Below are positions 58,463-64,000 of a stretch of 64,000 bases of DNA, piece after piece. The notes under the pieces were generated by a model that ran no database searches, was not told the origin of the DNA, and worked only from the letters and a program-made list of their open reading frames with translations. Where the stretch lies: assembly GCA_043228905.1 (NCBI GenBank), contig JBHGNT010000014.1, positions 1,550,001-1,614,000 of the forward strand, written 5' to 3'. Source of the DNA: Azolla caroliniana (taxonomy: Eukaryota > Plantae > Polypodiophyta). The position numbers and the translations under genes are program-made. Positions within the stretch are counted from its first letter, which is position 1. Every line of letters starts with the position of its first letter.

Positions 58463-61400
58463 GGATCCTAACGTGGAATGTACAGGGCCTTGGTGGAGGC
58501 CGACAACACCAAGAGTGTAGAAGACTTCAGGAGGAGTTGAATCCCCTTAATATAGGGGGCCATATTGACATATTGCTTTTGCAGGAACACCACCTCTCGC
58601 AAGAGCGAACTCAGAGCTTAGTAAACCCCTTGTCGGGTGGGTGGACCACATGGTGGTCGGCTGCGCAGGGTGACCTCCACCGAAGAGGAGGGGTCTGCAT
58701 CTCGATCAGCGATAAGGCCCGATACGAAGTAACATCATCTGGCACGCTGGTGGAGGGTCGGGCCTTATACGTGCTTCTGAAATGGAATCGCCTACAGATT
58801 GGGGTGCTAAACATTTATGCCCCTAACTCAGCCCCCGAGAGAGCAATCTTTTGGAGGATGTTAGCGACAACATTACCTAATGTCGAGGCTTGGGTAATGG
58901 CAGGTGATTTCAACATGACTGAACACATGGGAGATAGGAAAGGAGGGACCCAGAGGCCTATTTATGGTGCGGAGCTGGATTCATGGGCTTTCCTAATTGG
59001 CAAAATCGGGGTGAAGGATACATGGGGCTCTTCCCTTAGGCGAAGCTCACATTCGCTGCACTTTTCTAGAGCCGCCGGGAATGCTAGGGGCGGTAGTCTT
59101 GCACGGCTAGACCGCATATACATCAGCTCATCCCTCGAAGAGCTCGGGGGCTCCTTTGCTATCTTGGCAGGCCTTACCTTTTCAGATCATCAGCCGGTGA
59201 GACTAGACCTTAACCCACCCAACGATAGCAAGGGCAGTCTCAATGTAAAGATCCCCATAAAGATCATGAAGAGTGAAGAGGTGAAGGCCGGTTTACAGAG
59301 TATATGGCAGGACACCATGGGCAGTGAATCAGCCAGCGAAGATCTGCAAAAAAAATTGGCCCTCTCCTCCTCCTTTTTACAACAAGAGACCAAGCGCGCC
59401 CTCCAACAGGTTAGAGCCATTGAAACAAAATTAAGGAAGGCCGTTGCGGCAGCGCAATGGCTGTTACAGGTAGACCCTGGTTGCAAATGGTCTAGAGCTA
59501 AACTGGAGGAAGCAAAGATGAAGGTACAGGAAAGGACTTTGGAGAAGAACCGAATGATGTTTCGAAGAAACGCAGCATGGTGGGCTAGAAAAGACGACAA
59601 GGTCAACCGACATTTCTTTCACTACAAGGCACCCAAGGGTGGTGGTGGACGTATACACGGGCTGCGAAAACCAGACGGCTCAATAACGGAGGACAAGACT
59701 GAGGTTCTGGAAATGGCAACACAATACTATCGTGACCTCCTCGCACCTATGCATGTGCGGCAAAACTCGGAGCTGGCTGATCGAGTGATGTCTTGCATTC
59801 ACCCCAAGGTAACCCAAGAGATGGAAGTTGTGCTCGATAGTCCCATCTCTCGTTTAGAGCTCTCGGAGGCACTTAGGGGATTGCGAAGGGGTGCATGCCC
59901 CGGTCCCGATGGTCTCTCACGAGATTTCTTCGAGATTCATTGGGAATGTGTTATCCCGTCCTTGGAAGCCGGGTTCCAAGAGATTTGGTCCTCAGGAAAG
60001 ATGCCGATTGGTCTGGCTGAGGGGATGATATATCTCATCCCCAAATCCCAAGAGCGAAGCCTAGAGTTGCGCCAATGGCGTCCAATCACGATCCTTAACA
60101 CGGCATACAAGATACTCGCTAAAGTCCTAGCTCAGCGATTAGCAAGCTTCTTACCGGACATCATACACGACAATCAAACTGGGTTTGTCAAGAACAGGTG
60201 TATCTTTGATAATGTGTTGCTTCTTTGGGAAGCTATGGCATTGGCCGGTCGCTCCGTATCGAGCTCGGCTATTCTGATGCTAGACTTCGAGAAGGCCTAC
60301 GATAGGGTGTTATGGCCCTTTTTGGAAAATGTGATGAGAGCTTTGGGCCTACCTCAAAAATGGAGGAATTGCACTTCTGCACTCTATCGGACAGCTACGA
60401 GTAGCGTGCTGATGGCTGGATCTAGGGGACCTGCCTTCCAACTACAACGCTCAGTGAGGCAAGGTTGTCCCCTAGCCCCATATCTCTATCTCTTTATAAC
60501 CGAGGCTTTCTCCGCCTACTTACAAGCACCAACTAGCGGGTTGCGGGGATTGCCCATCCCCAATGTGACTGAAGATTTGTTGTTATCTGAATATGCCGAC
60601 GATACGGTTCTTTTCTTGCAAGGTGATGAGGAGAATTTACAGTGGGCTGAACATCTTGTCGAGGACTTTTGTCAGGCGGCTGGTGCCAAGATCAATTGGA
60701 ATAAAACCCAAGGTCTATGGTTCAGCGAACAGGAGACACCAAGATGGCAACCCCATGCCGATTTTACGTGGGTCCCTAGTGGGACGACTTTCAAGTACCT
60801 TGGATTTACGATGGGGAGGTCAATCCCCAAGGGAGCGCAATTGGCCCACGTACAAGCCAAAATAAGTAAGAAGCTGAACCAGTGGAGTAGATCTAAATTG
60901 TCCTTCGCTGGTAGGGTCCTTGTGGCGAACCAAGTGCTGCTCGCTACCATGTGGCACTCAGTCTCATGCTGGATTATGGACCCTGCAGGTTTGCACGCGA
61001 TTAAGGCTGCCATTAGGGGGTTTATATGGTCAGGTAAGGACAACCCAAGGGCTGCCGCCAGAGTCTCATGGTGTTGGTTAACGCAACCGCGGGCCAAAGG
61101 GGGGCTTGGCCTCATAGACCCCTTAATGCAGAGTCGTGCATTGCTGGCTAAAATGGTGGTTCGTTGCCTCCTACCAGGTAAGGGGTGCTGGAAGGTACTT
61201 CTTCGCAATAGGCTGCAAGTAGGGACTCCCAAGTATGGTAGGCCTTGGCCCGACTCCTTGAATTGGTGCTGCACGAGTGGAGTCCCACCCAGGCTGGCTT
61301 GCCATCTGGAGGATAGGGTCACGAACTCCATCTTGCGGGCATGGTGCCATATACGACAACATTTGGTCAAGCACACCCCGGAGACATTGACCGAATGGAC

Positions 61401-62772
61401 TAGACAGCCACTATTTTGGAATCCTCATGTGCTAACGAATGACAACGCGATGCTAGGGCAACTTAAGGGCCTAGCATGGGGAAAGTTGGCACAAACAGGC
61501 CTCCTATCTATAGACGATTGGAGACGCATGGCTGATTCAGGAAGAGCCCAAGAGGACCTTTTCCCTCCCCTCAAGGGAGCTACAAAAATGCGGAGACTGA
61601 TAGCTGAGGCAGTTGACAGGGTTCCGATGGGGGAGGCGAGAGAACATGCATGGTTCGGTCTCTTTGACGAGGCTGGAATGGTCAAGTCGCTAAAGGGCAT
61701 GAGCGGATCGGGGAGTGATACAGTTTTTGGGGACAGCCAGAGCAGCGGCTCTTGGCACCCAATCCGAGTGGTGGCACAGATTGATAACATCTGGAAGACA
61801 GACCCGGATGTTGCTAAGGTGGAACCCCATTGGAGGTTAAGGGCATACGGTTGTCGCCCCCTTGTCGATCTGGATTGGGACCCCGGGGATTTCAGATGGA
61901 AACATGACGATAGACTCCACCACTTCTTTGATTACACCACTAAATTGGGTCGGACTTTGCAGCTGCAGCGAGGCGGCCCCCTTCGCAACGGCTAGCGAAC
62001 ATTGGGCATCCCCGATGAGGCGCTCATTGCCTTTTGGAAGGGTCTTTGGCGTCTCCACATGCCTGAAAAGATTAAGCTCTTTTGGTGGCAGATCGGTCAT
62101 AATGTGGTGCCCGTTGGCGAATGGTTAGATAAACGTGGCGGTCCGTTAGGCTGCCCACTGTGCTCTCTACCTATTGAGTCTCTGAGACATTGTTTGTGGG
62201 ATTGCCCTCAAGCTCAAAAGGTATGGGATAGAGTGACTCGCCTCCTTGTGGCATGTGAAGTTGAAGGAACAGCCTCGTGGAGCGCTGCGGCATGGATTGA
62301 TCACTCGGTCGAAGGGTGGACGGACGCCGTCAATGCGGATAGTTGGTGCTATGTATGCACGAGAGGCAAAATCGTCAAGATCCGTTTTGAAAGAGGCTTG
62401 CAGCCCGCATCCCCTAAGTTTCCGGAAATCTGGATGTTGATCGCAGGTTTCACCTTGTGGTATATATGGAAAGCGCGTTGCCTCAAGGTCTTCCAAGGTA
62501 CGGTACGACCCCCGGAGGAAGTGATCATGGACATATGGTTCGCGCTTATCAGCTGCCTACGAGGGCAACTGGAAGAGGTTTGCAGCCATTCCAACGACGT
62601 GACCACTGCCCGTTTGCGCTTTTGGCAGAAATGGCGGAACACACCTATGGTGATGCAAGGCGGGAGTGGCCCGAGGTGGAACTACCAGCCCCCACGTTGG
62701 TTGTTTCCTATTCACCTGCCACCCTCTCTTCGGTGTAGGCCCCAAGAGCCGACTCGTACGAGGCAACATTGA
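58459..62772 (+). CDS. L1 ORF2p (APE endonuclease, RT, zf-RVT) with a single in-frame TAG at 61993-61995
   Basis: ILTWNVQGL, LLQEHH, GDFN, SDHQP; WRPITILN, LDFEKAYD, RQGCPLAP, YADD. ORF 62002-62772 is in the same frame and carries CPLC..ESLRHCLWDC. Confidence 0.9.
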
Positions 62773-64000
62773 AGGGCATCGCCTTGGATATAGGTAGCTT
62801 CTTACATTAAGTTAGGCCGCAAGGCAATGTAAGTGGCTCATCTTCTTTGGCTTGATCGGAGGAAGTCTCCCCGATGTGTGTATAAATCTCCTTATAGACT
62901 CTATGTAATAATCCTTCCTAACTAATGGGAAAGTAGCTTTACTTTGAAAAAAAAAAAAAACATGAGGTACTAAATAAACAACAATTGTATGTACCTCCCA
63001 CAATCTCACATTTGATAAAGAGAATATCTCTATGTAGATTGGAAAAAATCACACTTAATTTTTTTTACTTATTAGTATGTTTGCCCAAACATTTACACTC
63101 ACATATCAATAATCATAGCACCACACAACATAGTCCATAGGTTGAATCAATTGAAACATATTTTGATTCTAGCACCTTATTCACTTTGAAGGGCCTTTGA
63201 ATGCGAGGTCATGTTTAGAGATATCCCCTAACCATTTACAACCCATCCTTAGACTTGGAAATAACTATATTATAACACGAGGTACTAAATAAACAACAAT
63301 TGTATGTACCTCCCACAATCTCACATTTGATAAAGAGAATATCTCTATGTAGATTGGAAAAAATCACACTTAATTTTTTTTACTTATTAGTATGTTTGCA
63401 AGAACAAGATTTGATCCCATGACTACTTGTCCCTTTGCATTAGGACAAGTTTATACTTAAGTTTTGGCCTTTTAAGCGTGTTTGGATATTCCCAAATCTT
63501 CCAATATTAACCAATAAGAAAAAGACTTTTTGTTGATAGTTTCGAGTATAAGGTTTTGGTGACACCTAATCAAACCTTTTAACCACCCCCATGTAGTAGT
63601 ATGTCCATGTTATGTCATTTTTCGTACACAGCTGAAATTTGAGCCGAGAATTCTTAGAACGAATCACAGGCTCATCCCTTGTACATTCCTCATTGGGTGA
63701 AATAATGCACTCATCATCAACATTATCGTTGCAAAAATGGATGCTATGTACACATTGCTAGTTTTGGCATTGTTGAAAATAATAAAAAACAATCATATTT
63801 TGAGAAATCTCAATTCATTTTCTTATGAGTGAAGTTGAAAATACCCTATAGAAATACAAACTTGTATATTCTCATTACTTTTACCGACAAAAAATATTTA
63901 TAAGTTTTCACAATATAGGTTATGACAAAAAATCAAACATATCCCATCTGGTGATATGCAAGAATGGGTTAATTTTCATAATTCCTCCACTCCGATATAT

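Larger units (their letters stand above)
56514..62958 (+). mobile_element. Full-length L1-clade LINE, recent insertion
   Basis: TSD aacatgaggtactaaat (56497-56513 / 62959-62975), poly(A) tail from 62947, 5'UTR, ORF1 and ORF2. Confidence 0.95.
56308..63399. repeat. 315-bp tandem duplication; copy 1 (56308-56513 + 62976-63084) is split by the L1, copy 2 (63085-63399) is intact
   Basis: ccaaacatttacactcac...ttagtatgtttgc is present twice and nearly identical. Confidence 0.9.

Noticed and set aside
63397-63470. Another antisense tRNA-like element (gtcatgggatcaaatc plus small hairpin)
   Set aside because: B box is imperfect and there is no convincing A box at the right spacing.

Overview
Eukaryotic nuclear DNA from a land plant. 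The TE families (a Tcn1-like chromovirus, an RTEX-like LINE) and the gene structures suggest a non-seed plant such as a fern; this is inference. There are four host genes: a 4-exon SAM50/Omp85 gene (+, 2062-5028), a 6-exon RLCK-VII/PBL-type kinase (-, 40058-43174), and a tandem pair of intronless, highly divergent PEBP-fold genes (-, 46096-46575 and 47483-47998). About 30 kb (6386-36900) is a nest of decayed LTR retrotransposons: several Copia elements, one chromovirus, one gag-only element and an accessory-ORF relic. 48994-56163 is a Copia element containing an RTEX-like LINE and two solo LTRs. 56514-62958 is a near-intact L1 with a 17-bp TSD. Most notable observations: (1) the PEBP pair, which fits none of FT/TFL1/MFT; (2) antisense tRNA-like A/B-box modules in the U3 of two dissimilar LTR families; (3) a Tf1-type self-priming signal and a -1 frameshift cassette in the chromovirus; (4) LTR inserts flanked by 53-66 bp duplications instead of 5-bp TSDs. 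All calls were made by eye, with no database searches.
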